Shown: piece by piece, positions 18,614 to 32,316 of the stretch
Numbering within the stretch: position 1 is the stretch's first letter
Layout of the letters: every line of letters begins with the position of its first letter
Assembly (NCBI GenBank): GCA_040289515.1
Contig: PSLI01000003.1
Coordinates: 21,224-85,223, forward strand
Length of the DNA stretch: 64,000 nt
Source: Candidatus Sysuimicrobiota bacterium
GTDB lineage: Bacteria; Sysuimicrobiota; Sysuimicrobiia; Sysuimicrobiales; Sysuimicrobiaceae
Direction: 5' to 3'
Translations under genes and position numbers: made by a program
Notes under the pieces: generated by a model
What the model saw: only the letters and a program-made list of their open reading frames with translations
The model's database searches: none
What the model was told of the DNA's origin: nothing

Positions 18614-19156
18614 ATGAAGACCGTGGCAACGATGCTGGCGGTGGCGTTGGCGGCGGCCTTTGCGGCGGCGCAGCCGGCGCGGACGGTGGCGGTGGCGCCG
18701 TTCTGGGATTTGAGCACGGACGGGGCCCTCGTGGACGCCGACCGGCTTAACGTGGAGCTTTCCTCCCTGCTGGCGGCCACCGGGCGGTTCCGCGTCGTCA
18801 GCGCCCACCTGGTGGCTCACGCCATGCGTTCGCTGGGCTCCTTTCCCGCTCAGCTGTTCCACCCCGCGCGGGCACGGGAGGTCCGGGAGGCGGTGGGTGC
18901 GGACTGGCTGGTGGTGGGGCGCTGGACCCACCTGGCATCCACCGCGGACGGCGAGTTCGACGCTGGCCTACCCCGCAGGGGAGGAGGCGGGGCGGTGGCT
19001 GTCCTGGACGTGTGGGTGTGGGAGCGGGCAAACCCCCGGCCCCGGTACGAGGCCACCTTCGACGCCTTCCGGCCCGCGGTTTTGGGCACCCTGAGCTTGA
19101 AGGACGCCGCGGAGGAGGTGCTGCGCAAGGCAGCCGCGGCCCTGGGACGCCTGTAG
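18614..19156 (+). CDS. Secreted hypothetical protein (CsgG/TolB-N-like fold possible)
   Basis: SD GGAGG; signal peptide MKTVATMLAVALAAAFAAA; TVAVAPFWD...LAATGRFRVV...AVGADWLVVG pattern. Confidence 0.7.
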   Translation: MKTVATMLAVALAAAFAAAQPARTVAVAPFWDLSTDGALVDADRLNVELSSLLAATGRFRVVSAHLVAHAMRSLGSFPAQLFHPARAREVREAVGADWLVVGRWTHLASTADGEFDAGLPRRGGGGAVAVLDVWVWERANPRPRYEATFDAFRPAVLGTLSLKDAAEEVLRKAAAALGRL

Positions 19157-19175
19157 GCAGGCCGTGGGGCGGCCC

Positions 19176-19204
19176 TTTACACAACCGCGTCCGCTCCCTA
19201 TAAT
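19176..19204 (+). promoter_or_regulatory. Sigma70 promoter of secE-nusG operon
   Basis: TTTACA, 17 bp, TATAAT. Confidence 0.8.
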
Positions 19205-19273
19205 CAACCGGGCGCCCAGGTGGGGCGCCGTCTTGTGTTTGAACGCCGTGGAGGAGCGCCACGGAGGGGCCGG

Positions 19274-19543
19274 ATGGCCCGTATGACCAACCTGATCCGG
19301 AAGCCGGACAAGCCCGCGCGGCCCGCAGTACGGGCCCCGGGCCGCCGCGGGCCGTCGTGGGTGGAGCGCGCCGGCCGTTACCTCCGGGAGGTCCGGGCGG
19401 AGCTGAACCGGGTTACGTGGCCCAGCCGCCAGGAGCTCATCGCCAGCACGGTGGTGGTTCTGGTGGTGGTGGGGGTGACGGCCGCCTACCTGGGCGTGTG
19501 GGACGCCCTGTTCACGTGGCTGTTCCAGCGCGTGTTGCGGTGA
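19274..19543 (+). CDS. secE: Preprotein translocase subunit SecE
   Basis: YLREVRAELNRVTWPSRQE followed by a single TM; upstream of nusG. Confidence 0.96.
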   Translation: MARMTNLIRKPDKPARPAVRAPGRRGPSWVERAGRYLREVRAELNRVTWPSRQELIASTVVVLVVVGVTAAYLGVWDALFTWLFQRVLR

Positions 19544-20139
19544 TGGAGGCAGAACGCGAGACTCCCAGGGCTGAGGGAGCCGCCGAGGGTGCGGTGGACA
19601 CCGCGCCCCGGGATCCGCGTCGGCGGTGGTACGTGATCCACACGTACTCCGGCTACGAGAACAAGGTGAAGACCAACCTGGAGAAGCGGGTCCAGTCCAT
19701 GGGGATGCAGGAAAAGATCTTCCAGGTGCTGATCCCCACGGAGGACGAGATTGAGATCAAGGAAGGCAAGCGCCGGATCGCCAAGAAGAGGATCTACCCC
19801 GGTTACGTGCTGGTGGAGATGATCCTGGATGACGACTCCTGGTACGTGGTCCGCAACACCCCCGGGGTCACCGGCTTCGTGGGTGCCGGGAACCGGCCCA
19901 TCCCCCTGGAGGAGGAGGAGGTGCGGGCCATCCTGGGTCAGGTGAAGGACGAGACCCCGAAGCTCCGGATCCATTACCACAAGGGGGACACGGTGCGCAT
20001 CACCTCCGGCCCCTTCCAGGAGTTCACAGGGGTGGTGGACGAGATCCTGCCGGAGAAGGAGAAGGTGCGGGTGCTGGTGTCCATCTTCGGCCGGGAGACC
20101 CCCGTGGAGCTGGACTTCACGCAGGTGGAACGAGCCTGA
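19543..20139 (+). CDS. nusG: Transcription termination/antitermination factor NusG
   Basis: [26 protein letters not shown] domain with [10 protein letters not shown]. Confidence 0.98.
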   Translation: MEAERETPRAEGAAEGAVDTAPRDPRRRWYVIHTYSGYENKVKTNLEKRVQSMGMQEKIFQVLIPTEDEIEIKEGKRRIAKKRIYPGYVLVEMILDDDSWYVVRNTPGVTGFVGAGNRPIPLEEEEVRAILGQVKDETPKLRIHYHKGDTVRITSGPFQEFTGVVDEILPEKEKVRVLVSIFGRETPVELDFTQVERA

Positions 20140-20159
20140 CGTCTGCGAGGAGAGCGTGC

Positions 20160-20582
20160 ATGAAGAAGGTCGTGGCGCAGGTGAAGCTGCAGATCCCCGC
20201 GGGCAAGGCCACGCCGGCCCCACCGGTGGGCACCGCCCTGGGCCCGCACGGGATCAACATCATGGAGTTCTGCAAGGCGTACAACGAGCGTACGGCCTCG
20301 CAGGTGGGCATGATCGTGCCGGTGGAGATCACCATCTACTCGGACCGCAGCTTCACCTTCGTCACCAAGACCCCGCCCGCCTCGGTCCTCCTCAAGAAGG
20401 CGGCGGGGCTGGAGGTGGGCTCCCCGGAGCCCAACAAGAAGAAGGTCGGGCGGGTGACCCGCAAGCAGGTGGAGGAGATCGCCCGCCTGAAGATGCCCGA
20501 CCTCAACACCAAGTCCCTGGAGTCGGCGGTGCGCATGATCGAGGGCACCGCCCGCAGTATGGGGATCGAGGTGGTGGGTTAG
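20160..20582 (+). CDS. rplK: 50S ribosomal protein L11
   Basis: [20 protein letters not shown]. Confidence 0.99.
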   Translation: MKKVVAQVKLQIPAGKATPAPPVGTALGPHGINIMEFCKAYNERTASQVGMIVPVEITIYSDRSFTFVTKTPPASVLLKKAAGLEVGSPEPNKKKVGRVTRKQVEEIARLKMPDLNTKSLESAVRMIEGTARSMGIEVVG

Positions 20583-20591
20583 GAGGAGCGC

Positions 20592-21311
20592 ATGGCGCGG
20601 CGAGGCAAGCGGTACGAGGACGCGCGGAAGCTGGTGGACCGCACGCGGCTGTATGATCCGCAGGAGGCCGTGCGGCTGGTGAAGACCGTGGCGCGGGCCA
20701 AGTTCGACGAGACGGTGGAGGCGGCGGTACGGCTGGCGGTGGACCCCAAGCACGCGGACCAGGTCGTGCGGGGGACCGTGGTGTTGCCCCACGGGACCGG
20801 GCGTTCGGTGCGGGTGCTGGTGTTCGCCAAGGGAGAGAAGGCGAAGGAGGCGGAGGCCGCGGGCGCGAACTACGTGGGTGCGGAGGACCTGATCCAGCGG
20901 ATCCAGCAGGAGGGGTGGACGGAGTTCGACGTGGCCGTGGCCACCCCGGACCTCATGGGTCAGGTGGGACGCCTGGGCCGCATTCTGGGCCCGCGGGGGC
21001 TGATGCCCAACCCAAAGGCCGGCACGGTGACCTTCGACGTGGGCCGGGCGGTGAAGGAGATTAAGGCGGGCAAGATTGAGTTCCGGGTGGACAAGGCCGG
21101 GATCGTGCACGCACCCATTGGGAAGGCTTCTTTCTCCGAGGAGGCGCTGCTGGAGAACTTCGCGGCCTTGCTGGACGCGGTGGTACGGGCCCGCCCCGCA
21201 GCGGTCAAGGGCCAGTATATCCGGTCCATCGCCCTGAGCCCCACCATGGGCCCCTCGGTGCGGGTGGACCCGGCCCGGGCCGTGGCCCTGGCGGCGGGCC
21301 GGGCTGCGTGA
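20592..21311 (+). CDS. rplA: 50S ribosomal protein L1
   Basis: [24 protein letters not shown]. Confidence 0.99.
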   Translation: MARRGKRYEDARKLVDRTRLYDPQEAVRLVKTVARAKFDETVEAAVRLAVDPKHADQVVRGTVVLPHGTGRSVRVLVFAKGEKAKEAEAAGANYVGAEDLIQRIQQEGWTEFDVAVATPDLMGQVGRLGRILGPRGLMPNPKAGTVTFDVGRAVKEIKAGKIEFRVDKAGIVHAPIGKASFSEEALLENFAALLDAVVRARPAAVKGQYIRSIALSPTMGPSVRVDPARAVALAAGRAA

Positions 21312-21320
21312 GTGGGGCTG

Positions 21321-21350
21321 TTGACCCGGCAGGGGTGGGACTGGTAGCAT
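21321..21350 (+). promoter_or_regulatory. Promoter of rplJL
   Basis: TTGACC, 18 bp, TG-extended TAGCAT. Confidence 0.6.
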
Positions 21351-21371
21351 AGCGGCCGTCGACAACCCAGC

Positions 21372-21500
21372 GAGCCGTCCGCAGAAGGCAGGTCCCAACC
21401 GGGGTAAAGGCCACCCGGGCCGCCTGCCGAGGACGTCCGGCTCACCCGAACCGGTGGGTCCCCGGCGCTCCATCTGCGGGGCGCCGCTCGTTTTCGTAGG
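21372..21500 (+). ncRNA. Ribosomal protein L10 leader (cis-regulatory RNA)
   Basis: CCGCAGAAGGCAGG...TAAA...CCTGCCGAGG pattern in the rplA-rplJ intergenic region. Confidence 0.8.
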
Positions 21501-21532
21501 TCTGCGTAGCCTGTAACCGGCGGGAGCAGGAG

Positions 21533-22054
21533 ATGGCGAAGCCCGAGAAGGTGGAGGAGGTCAAGCGGCTGAAGGATCGGCTGAGCCGGGCCCGCGCCGT
21601 GGTCCTGACCGACTTCCGGGGGCTGAGCGTGCCCGAAATGGAGGCCTTGCGCCAGGCTCTCCGAAAGGAAGGGGCGGAGTACCGGGTGGTCAAGAATACC
21701 CTGCTTGGTATCGCGGCCTCGGAGCTGGGGCTGCAGGGGTTGGAACCCTTCCTGGAAGGGCCCACGGCGATCGCGGTGGGCTACGACGACCCCACCACGC
21801 CTGCGCGGGTGGTCCACGAGTTCATCCGGCAGTACCGGAAGCTGGAGGTCAAGGGAGGTCTGGCGGAAGGCAGGGTCCTGGACCCCGCGGGCGTGCGGGC
21901 TCTGGCGGAGCTGCCCGGCCGGGACCAGCTGGTGGCCAAGCTGATGGGCGGGCTGCAGGGCCCCCTGTACGGACTACTGGGTGTGCTGACCGCACTGCAG
22001 CGCAAGCTGGTGTACGCCCTCGACCAGGTACGGCAGAAGCGCGAGGGTTCATAA
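21533..22054 (+). CDS. rplJ: 50S ribosomal protein L10
   Basis: [23 protein letters not shown]. Confidence 0.98.
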   Translation: MAKPEKVEEVKRLKDRLSRARAVVLTDFRGLSVPEMEALRQALRKEGAEYRVVKNTLLGIAASELGLQGLEPFLEGPTAIAVGYDDPTTPARVVHEFIRQYRKLEVKGGLAEGRVLDPAGVRALAELPGRDQLVAKLMGGLQGPLYGLLGVLTALQRKLVYALDQVRQKREGS

Positions 22055-22086
22055 GGCTGGTGCGAAAAGCGGAGGAGGGAGGGAAG

Positions 22087-22473
22087 ATGGCGAAACTCAG
22101 CACCGCGGAGATCGTGGAGGCCATCGGGAACCTGACGGTCCTGGAGCTGGCCGAGCTGGTGAAGGCCCTGGAGGAGAAGTTCGGGGTCACGGCCGCCGCC
22201 CCCGTGGCGGTGGCCGCGGCCCCGGCCGCAGCAGCCCCTGCTGCCCCGGTGGAGGAGGAGCAGACGGAGTTCGACGTGATCCTCAAGGCGGTAGGCCCCA
22301 ACAAGATCCAAGTGATCAAGGTGGTGCGGGAGCTAACGGGCCTCGGCCTGAAGGAGGCCAAGGACCTGGTGGACGGGGCTCCCAAGCCGGTGAAGGAGAA
22401 GGTGTCCAAGCAGGAGGCTGAGAGCGTCAAGGCGAAGCTGCGGGAAGTGGGAGCGGAGGTGGAGGTCAAGTAG
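22087..22473 (+). CDS. rplL: 50S ribosomal protein L7/L12
   Basis: [31 protein letters not shown]. Confidence 0.99.
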   Translation: MAKLSTAEIVEAIGNLTVLELAELVKALEEKFGVTAAAPVAVAAAPAAAAPAAPVEEEQTEFDVILKAVGPNKIQVIKVVRELTGLGLKEAKDLVDGAPKPVKEKVSKQEAESVKAKLREVGAEVEVK

Positions 22474-22514
22474 GCCCGGGGGTCCCCGCGGGCCCGGTTC
22501 CAGGTGGCACCCGG

Positions 22515-22544
22515 TTGACGGGGGCCGCCGTGGTATGTTATTCT
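22515..22544 (+). promoter_or_regulatory. Promoter of rpoBC
   Basis: TTGACG, 18 bp, TG-extended TATTCT. Confidence 0.6.
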
Positions 22545-22849
22545 GTCCTGCGATTTGCGGCTACCGGGACGAGCACACGATCGAGTGTTTCCCCTGCGCC
22601 GGGCGTGCGTGGTCCGTTCGGTCCAACCAGGTGCATGGATTTGGTTGGCGGGAGGTTCGCAGGCCCGTGGAGGCCTGCGCTTCCCGCCCTTCTTGTCCTG
22701 CGGGCCCGGTGCGGGGGCGGGAGGTGCGGGTTTAGCTGGCCACCGCCCCTGGGGCGCGGCGGGGCCGGTGCGCCGGGTTTAATCCGTCCCCGCGTTAGGC
22801 TTCCAGTCCGAAGACGGTGCGACACGTGCCACGGGAGACCGCTGAAAAA

Positions 22850-25800
22850 ATGGGGGTGACCGCCACGAAAGCGCCCGCCGAGCTCACCAAGAGTTTCGCC
22901 CTGGGCCCGTTCTCCTTCGAGCGGGCCCCCCGCCTGGGTTTGGGCCGCGTGGTCAAGCGCGGCCGGCGGGAGCGGGTCAGCTTCGGGAGGCTGCCGGACA
23001 TCCTGGAGCTGCCCGACCTGGTGGAGGTGCAGCGGAAGTCCTTCCGGTGGTTCGTGGAGGAGGGGATCCGAGAGGTTTTTGAGGAGATCTCCCCCATCCA
23101 GGACTTCACGGGCAACCTGGAGCTGTACTTCGGGGTCCCGGACGAGCGCAAGCGCCGCAAGACACCCGAGGGGGTGGACCTGTTCCACTTCACGGAGGGG
23201 GTGCTGGACTTCGGGGGTTACTACCTGGAAGCCCCCAAGTACACGCCTGAGGAGTGCCGGGAGCGGGACGCCAACTACAGCGCGCCGTTGAAGGTGCGGG
23301 TCCGGCTGGTCCTCAAGGATACGGGCGAAATCAAGGAGCAGGACGTGTTCATGGGGGACCTGCCCCTGATGACCCGCAACGGGACGTTCATCATCAACGG
23401 GGCGGAGCGGGTAGTCGTCAGCCAGCTGGTTCGCTCCGCAGGGGTATACTACAGCTACCTTACGGACAGCAGCGGCCGCCGGTTCCCCGCGGCCACCGTG
23501 ATTCCTACCCGGGGAGCGTGGCTGGAGTTCGAGATGGACGCCACCGGCGGGGTGTACGTGCGCATCGACCGTACGCGGAAACTACCCGCCACGGTGCTTC
23601 TGCGGGCGGTGGGGTACGAGAGTGACGAGGTCCTGCGGAAGCTGTACGAGGCAGACCGGGCCATCGAGGCCACCCTGGACAAAGACCCCAGCCGGGACCG
23701 CAACACGGCCCTGATGGAGATCTACCGGCGGCTGCGGCCCGGGGACCCGCCCAACGTGGAGTCCGCCACGGCCCTGCTGCACACCCTGTTCTTCGACCCC
23801 CGCCGGTACGATCTCGGCAAGGTGGGCCGGTACAAGCTGAACAAGAAGCTGAACCTGGACCTGCCCCTGAGCCAGCGGACCCTGACGCCGGAGGACATCG
23901 CGCAGATCGTCCGGTACCTGATCGCTCTCAACAACGGGGAGGGGCAGGAGGACGACATCGACCATTTGGGCAACCGCCGGGTGCGGGCGGTGGGGGAGCT
24001 GCTGCAGAACCAGTTCCGGATCGGGATGCTGCGCATGGAGCGGGTCATCCGGGAGCGGATGACCATCCAGGAAACGGAGCAGGCGACCCCGCAGGTGCTC
24101 ATCAACATCCGGCCGGTGACCGCGGCCATCAAGGAGTTCTTCGGGTCCAGCCAGCTGTCGCAATTCATGGACCAGACCAACCCCCTGTCGGAGCTGCGGC
24201 ACAAGCGGCGGCTCAGCGCCCTGGGCCCGGGCGGGTTGAGCCGGGAGCGGGCGGGGTTTGAGGTGCGGGACGTGCACCCGTCCCACTACGGCCGCATGTG
24301 CCCCATCGAGACCCCGGAGGGGCCCAACATCGGGCTGATCTCCTCCCTGGCCACCTACGCCCGGGTGAACGACCTGGGGTTCATCGAGACGCCGTACCGC
24401 CGGGTGCGCAACGGCCGGGTGACCCGGGAGATCGTGTACCTGACCGCGGACGACGAGGAGAGGTACACCATCGCGCAGGCCAACGTGCAGACGGACGAGC
24501 ACGGGATGCTTCCGGAGCGGGTGGTGGCGCGGCAGGCGGGCGGCCACCCGGTGGTGGTGCCGCGGGAGCAGGTGGACTTCATGGACGTTTCCCCCAAGCA
24601 GATCGTCTCCGTGACCACGGCCCTCATCCCGTTCCTGGAGCACGACGACGGCACCCGGGCCCTAATGGGCTCCAACATGCAGACCCAGGCGGTACCCCTG
24701 ATCCGGCCGGAGGCACCTCTGGTGGGCACGGGGGTGGAGCACCGGGTGGCGGTGGACTCCGGGGCAGTGGTGCTGGCGGAGGAGGACGGGGTGGTGGAGT
24801 CGGTGACCGCGGACGAGATCATGGTCCGCGGGCAGCGGCGCATCACCTACAAGCTCACCAAGTTCCGCCGGAGCAACCAGGGCACGTGTATCAACCAGCG
24901 GCCCGTAGTGCGCAGCGGCCAGGAGGTGAGGAAGGGGCAGGTGCTGGCGGACGGGCCTTCCACAGAGGGCGGGGAACTGGCTTTGGGCCACAACGTGCTG
25001 GTGGCCTTCATGCCGTGGGAGGGCTACAACTACGAGGACGCCATCCTCATCAGCGAGCGGCTGGTGCGGGAGGACCTGTTCACCAGCATCCACATCGAGG
25101 GGTACGAGGTGGAGGCCCGGGACACCAAGCTGGGCCCGGAGGAGATCACCCGGGACATCCCCAACGTTTCGGAGGACGCCCTGCGGGACCTTGACGAGCG
25201 GGGCATCGTGCGGATCGGGGCGGAGGTGCGGGCGGGGGACATCCTGGTGGGCAAGGTCACCCCCAAGGGGGAGACGGAGCTCACCGCGGAGGAGCGCCTG
25301 CTGCGGGCCATCTTCGGAGAGAAGGCCCGGGAGGTGCGGGACACGTCCTTGAAGGTCCCCCACGGGGAGAAGGGCACCGTGGTGGGCGTGAAGGTGTTCA
25401 GCCGGGAGCAGGGCGATGAGCTGCCTCCCGGCGTGAACCAGATGGTGCGGGTGTACGTGGCCCAGAAGCGCAAGGTCACCGTGGGGGACAAGATGGCGGG
25501 CCGCCACGGCAACAAGGGGGTGATCAGCAAGATCGTCCCCGTGGAGGACATGCCGTACCTGCCGGACGGCACGCCCGTGGACATCGTCCTGAACCCCCTG
25601 GGGGTGCCCAGCCGGATGAACGTGGGGCAGGTGCTGGAGACCACCCTGGGGTGGGCGTGCGCGCAGCTGGGATTTTATGCGGAGGTCCCGGTGTTCGACG
25701 GTGCCCGGGAGTCGGAGATTGAGGCCCTGCTGGCTCGGGCCGGGCTGCCCCCGGACGGCAAGATCACCCTGTACGACGGCCGCACGGGGCTGCCCTTCGA

Positions 25801-26272
25801 CCAGCCCGTGGTGGTGGGCCAGATCTACATGATGAAGCTGCTGCACCTGGTGGAGGACAAGATCCACGCCCGGAGCACGGGGCCCTACAGTCTCATCACC
25901 CAGCAGCCCCTGGGCGGCAAGGCCCAGTTCGGCGGGCAGCGGTTCGGGGAGATGGAGGTGTGGGCCCTGGAGGCGTACGGGGCCGCCAGCACCCTTCAGG
26001 AGCTCCTTACGGTGAAAAGCGACGACGTGGTGGGCCGGGTGAAGACCTACGAGGCCATCGTGAAGGGCGAGAACATCCAGGAACCCGGGGTGCCGGAGTC
26101 CTTCAAGGTGCTGGTGAAGGAGCTGCAGGCCCTGTGCCTGGACGTGAAGGTCCTCAGCGCGGATCACCGGGAGATCGAGCTGCGGGAGATCGAGGAGGAC
26201 GTGGTGGAGGCGCAGCGCGCTCTGGGCATCAACCTGGAGGGCGAGGAAGCCCTCCTGGAGGAGCCCCTGTAA
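22850..26272 (+). CDS. rpoB: DNA-directed RNA polymerase beta subunit
   Basis: [47 protein letters not shown]. Exact start uncertain. Confidence 0.99.
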   Translation: MGVTATKAPAELTKSFALGPFSFERAPRLGLGRVVKRGRRERVSFGRLPDILELPDLVEVQRKSFRWFVEEGIREVFEEISPIQDFTGNLELYFGVPDERKRRKTPEGVDLFHFTEGVLDFGGYYLEAPKYTPEECRERDANYSAPLKVRVRLVLKDTGEIKEQDVFMGDLPLMTRNGTFIINGAERVVVSQLVRSAGVYYSYLTDSSGRRFPAATVIPTRGAWLEFEMDATGGVYVRIDRTRKLPATVLLRAVGYESDEVLRKLYEADRAIEATLDKDPSRDRNTALMEIYRRLRPGDPPNVESATALLHTLFFDPRRYDLGKVGRYKLNKKLNLDLPLSQRTLTPEDIAQIVRYLIALNNGEGQEDDIDHLGNRRVRAVGELLQNQFRIGMLRMERVIRERMTIQETEQATPQVLINIRPVTAAIKEFFGSSQLSQFMDQTNPLSELRHKRRLSALGPGGLSRERAGFEVRDVHPSHYGRMCPIETPEGPNIGLISSLATYARVNDLGFIETPYRRVRNGRVTREIVYLTADDEERYTIAQANVQTDEHGMLPERVVARQAGGHPVVVPREQVDFMDVSPKQIVSVTTALIPFLEHDDGTRALMGSNMQTQAVPLIRPEAPLVGTGVEHRVAVDSGAVVLAEEDGVVESVTADEIMVRGQRRITYKLTKFRRSNQGTCINQRPVVRSGQEVRKGQVLADGPSTEGGELALGHNVLVAFMPWEGYNYEDAILISERLVREDLFTSIHIEGYEVEARDTKLGPEEITRDIPNVSEDALRDLDERGIVRIGAEVRAGDILVGKVTPKGETELTAEERLLRAIFGEKAREVRDTSLKVPHGEKGTVVGVKVFSREQGDELPPGVNQMVRVYVAQKRKVTVGDKMAGRHGNKGVISKIVPVEDMPYLPDGTPVDIVLNPLGVPSRMNVGQVLETTLGWACAQLGFYAEVPVFDGARESEIEALLARAGLPPDGKITLYDGRTGLPFDQPVVVGQIYMMKLLHLVEDKIHARSTGPYSLITQQPLGGKAQFGGQRFGEMEVWALEAYGAASTLQELLTVKSDDVVGRVKTYEAIVKGENIQEPGVPESFKVLVKELQALCLDVKVLSADHREIELREIEEDVVEAQRALGINLEGEEALLEEPL

Positions 26273-26290
26273 GGGCGCGGGGAGGAGCCC

Positions 26291-29728
<3,438 letters not shown>

Positions 29729-29748
29729 AGCTCGCCGGCGCGGAGCGG

Positions 29749-30510
29749 TTGCTGGAGTCCGCCTCCCTCAGCTGGCGCAACTGGCAGTGGAACCCGCCCC
29801 TGGTGGCAGCCCTGGCCGCCTGCGCGGTTCTGTACCATCTGCACCCCCGGGTGCGAGCCAACCCGCGCCAGCGGCTGTTCTTCTGGGCCGGCATGTTGGC
29901 GCTTGTTGTCGCTTTGTGCTCTCCTCTGGAGGCGGGGGCGCGCTTGCTTCTGTGGCTCCATATGGTCCAGCACCTGCTCCTGATGCTGGTGGCCGCACCT
30001 TTGCTGGCGGCCTCCCTCCCCGCTCCCCTGCTGGGCTGGCTCACCCGCAGACCCGTGGTGGGCGGGGTGCTGTGGTGGCTGTGGAACCCGTGGGTGGCCA
30101 CGGCGCTGTACAACGGGGCGGTGCTGGCCTGGCACCTGCCCACCCTGTACGCGTGGGTGCTGCGCTGGGAGCCCGCCCACGCCCTCCAGCACCTGAGCTT
30201 TCTGGGCACCGGGGTGGTGTTCTGGAGTGTGCTCCTGAGCCCCGCGCCCCGCAACCCCACCCCAGGGCAGCGGCTGGTGATCGTGGGCACGAGCGCCGTG
30301 GCGCAGTTCCTGCCCGGCTTCGTTCTGGCGGTAGCGGACCGGGTGCTGTACGCGCCGTACCTGGAGACCCCGCGCCTGTGGGGCTGGTCGCCCCTCGATG
30401 ACCAGCGGTGGGCCGGGGTGATGATGTGGGTGAGCATGAATTTGGCCTACGCCGCCGCCGCCCTTTGGGTGGCCACGCGCTGGCTGCGCTCGGACCGGGC
30501 GGACCGGTAA
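29749..30510 (+). CDS. ctaG: Cytochrome c oxidase assembly factor, Caa3_CtaG family
   Basis: HMVQHLLLMLVAAPLL, WHLPTLY, HALQHLSF, DQRWAGVMMW; converges on the cox operon. Start uncertain (29725 or 29749). Confidence 0.9.
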   Translation: MLESASLSWRNWQWNPPLVAALAACAVLYHLHPRVRANPRQRLFFWAGMLALVVALCSPLEAGARLLLWLHMVQHLLLMLVAAPLLAASLPAPLLGWLTRRPVVGGVLWWLWNPWVATALYNGAVLAWHLPTLYAWVLRWEPAHALQHLSFLGTGVVFWSVLLSPAPRNPTPGQRLVIVGTSAVAQFLPGFVLAVADRVLYAPYLETPRLWGWSPLDDQRWAGVMMWVSMNLAYAAAALWVATRWLRSDRADR

Positions 30511-30514
30511 AAGC

Positions 30515-30805
30515 TCAGAAGATCTGGCTGTCCAGCACCAACGCTACGAGCAGGGCCACCAGGAGCACCGCGATGGGCACGCTGAACAGGGTGGCCATCA
30601 CGGGCCGCTCCCACCGCAGGTGCATGAAGTACGCCATGATGAGGGCGGCCTTGCCCAGAGCCAGGATCACCAGCCCAAAGATGAGCAGACCCCGGGGCAG
30701 GTGCAGGAGGGTGATGCCCACCTCCACGACGGTGATCACCAGCAGCCAGAACCACGTGACCCCGTAAATGCCGTACCCGTGCTGCGCGTGTTCCCGGTCC
30801 GACAC
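30515..30805 (-). CDS. Cytochrome c oxidase subunit IV family protein
   Basis: KAALIMAYFMHLRWE; three TM segments. Confidence 0.92.
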   Translation of the reverse strand: MSDREHAQHGYGIYGVTWFWLLVITVVEVGITLLHLPRGLLIFGLVILALGKAALIMAYFMHLRWERPVMATLFSVPIAVLLVALLVALVLDSQIF

Positions 30806-30814
30806 GTCTGCCTC

Positions 30815-31705
30815 CTAGTGCGCGGCTCCCGCCACCACCGCGGGCGGGACCAGGTACATGAGGGTGAAGATGAACACCCACACCAGGTCTACGAAGTGCC
30901 AGTACAGCCCTACGTTCTCCACCCGCTCCGCGCGGGTCTGGGCGTCCACGGGAGGAGGCGGCGGGGGGACCTCCTCCACCACCTCCACCGCGTCCGCGGG
31001 CAGCATGGCCGCGTTGTTGGCCGCCTTGCCAGGCAGCAGCACCACCACCCGCCCGATGCGGGGGTGTGTTTTCTCCACCACTGTCTCCGGCTGGTCCGGC
31101 AGGGCCAGGACCCGCACCCGGCAGCCGGGGTACAGGAGCCGGCCGCCGCGGTCGCGGAGGGGCCGCTGCCAGTCTTCCAGAGCGCGGCGCTCCCGGCGGG
31201 CCTTGAAGAACACCGCCATGAGGTAAAAAACTCCGCTGGTGACGTGGCCGCCGTGGAACCCCGTGATGATAAAGAAGCTGGCGCTGAAGTTGGGCACGCC
31301 CCACGGGTTGGTGTGCAGGCGGGCACCCTCCTGGAGAAAGTGGGTCCACTCGTACGTCTGCATGCCCAGAAAGGTGAGGCCCCCCAACACGGTGAGGAGG
31401 AGGAACCACTCCACCAGGAGGTGGTCGCCCCGCTTGGCCGCGTTCACCGCCACCGCCATGGTGGCGCTGCTGCAGATGAGGATGAAGGTCATGGCGCTCA
31501 CCAGGCCGATGTTGAAGATCCCCAGGGGGTTGGGCCACGCGGCCGCGGTCATGCGGGCCGCCCCGTACGCGCTGAGCAACCCCCCGAAGGTGAACGCGTC
31601 GGAGAGCAGGAAGATCCACATCATAAACTTCCCCCAGCTCATGCCAAAGGGGGACACGCCTCCACCCCACACGCTGACCTTCTCTTCCACCACCGCCTGC
31701 ACCAT
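30815..31705 (-). CDS. Cytochrome c oxidase subunit III (with ~85-aa soluble insertion)
   Basis: [38 protein letters not shown]. Confidence 0.94.
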   Translation of the reverse strand: MVQAVVEEKVSVWGGGVSPFGMSWGKFMMWIFLLSDAFTFGGLLSAYGAARMTAAAWPNPLGIFNIGLVSAMTFILICSSATMAVAVNAAKRGDHLLVEWFLLLTVLGGLTFLGMQTYEWTHFLQEGARLHTNPWGVPNFSASFFIITGFHGGHVTSGVFYLMAVFFKARRERRALEDWQRPLRDRGGRLLYPGCRVRVLALPDQPETVVEKTHPRIGRVVVLLPGKAANNAAMLPADAVEVVEEVPPPPPPVDAQTRAERVENVGLYWHFVDLVWVFIFTLMYLVPPAVVAGAAH

Positions 31706-31716
31706 GCTCCGACCTC

Positions 31717-32313
31717 CTACGGGTTAAACAGCACCGCGAACAGCCACACCCACACAGCCGTCAGGAAGTGCCAGTACACCGCCAGGATGGACACGGGGGC
31801 CAGGCTCGCCCGCCGGGCCACCACGGCCCACCCAGCCAACCCGCCCAGCGCATGCACGAGGTGAGCCCCCGAGAGTACGTAGAAGTAAGACGCGCCAGGA
31901 CTTGCAGCCAGTCCGACCCCGGAGGAGGCCAACCACCTCCACGCGCTCACCTGGCACGCGAGGAACAGGCCTGCGCTGAGCGCACCCCAGCGCAGGCACG
32001 CCCGCCCGCGGGCCCAGCCGCCCCGAGCCAGAGCCCTCCGGGAGGCCTCCAGGAGCACGCTGCTAACCAGCAGGGCTGCAGTTCCCGGCCACAGCACCGC
32101 GGGCCTCGGCACCGGGGTCCAGCCCGCAGAGGCCATCCGGCTCAGCAGGGCCGAGGTGAGCCCTAGGAAAAACATGCCCACCGCCACCACCGCCAGCCAG
32201 ACGAACACGCGGCCCGCATCCGGCAGGCCCTGCGGGCCGCGACCACCAGGGGACCTTCCGGGGAGCCCCTGCGGCGGCCGGGGAGGAGCGGGGCGTTCCA
32301 GGGTAACGGCCAT
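31717..32313 (-). CDS. Second cytochrome c oxidase subunit III-like protein
   Basis: [29 protein letters not shown]. Confidence 0.92.
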   Translation of the reverse strand: MAVTLERPAPPRPPQGLPGRSPGGRGPQGLPDAGRVFVWLAVVAVGMFFLGLTSALLSRMASAGWTPVPRPAVLWPGTAALLVSSVLLEASRRALARGGWARGRACLRWGALSAGLFLACQVSAWRWLASSGVGLAASPGASYFYVLSGAHLVHALGGLAGWAVVARRASLAPVSILAVYWHFLTAVWVWLFAVLFNP

Positions 32314-32316
32314 GGC

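Noticed and set aside
19205..19273. Degenerate tRNA between the secE promoter and secE
   Set aside because: Only one GC hairpin (GGCGCCC/GGGCGCC); no cloverleaf or T-loop.
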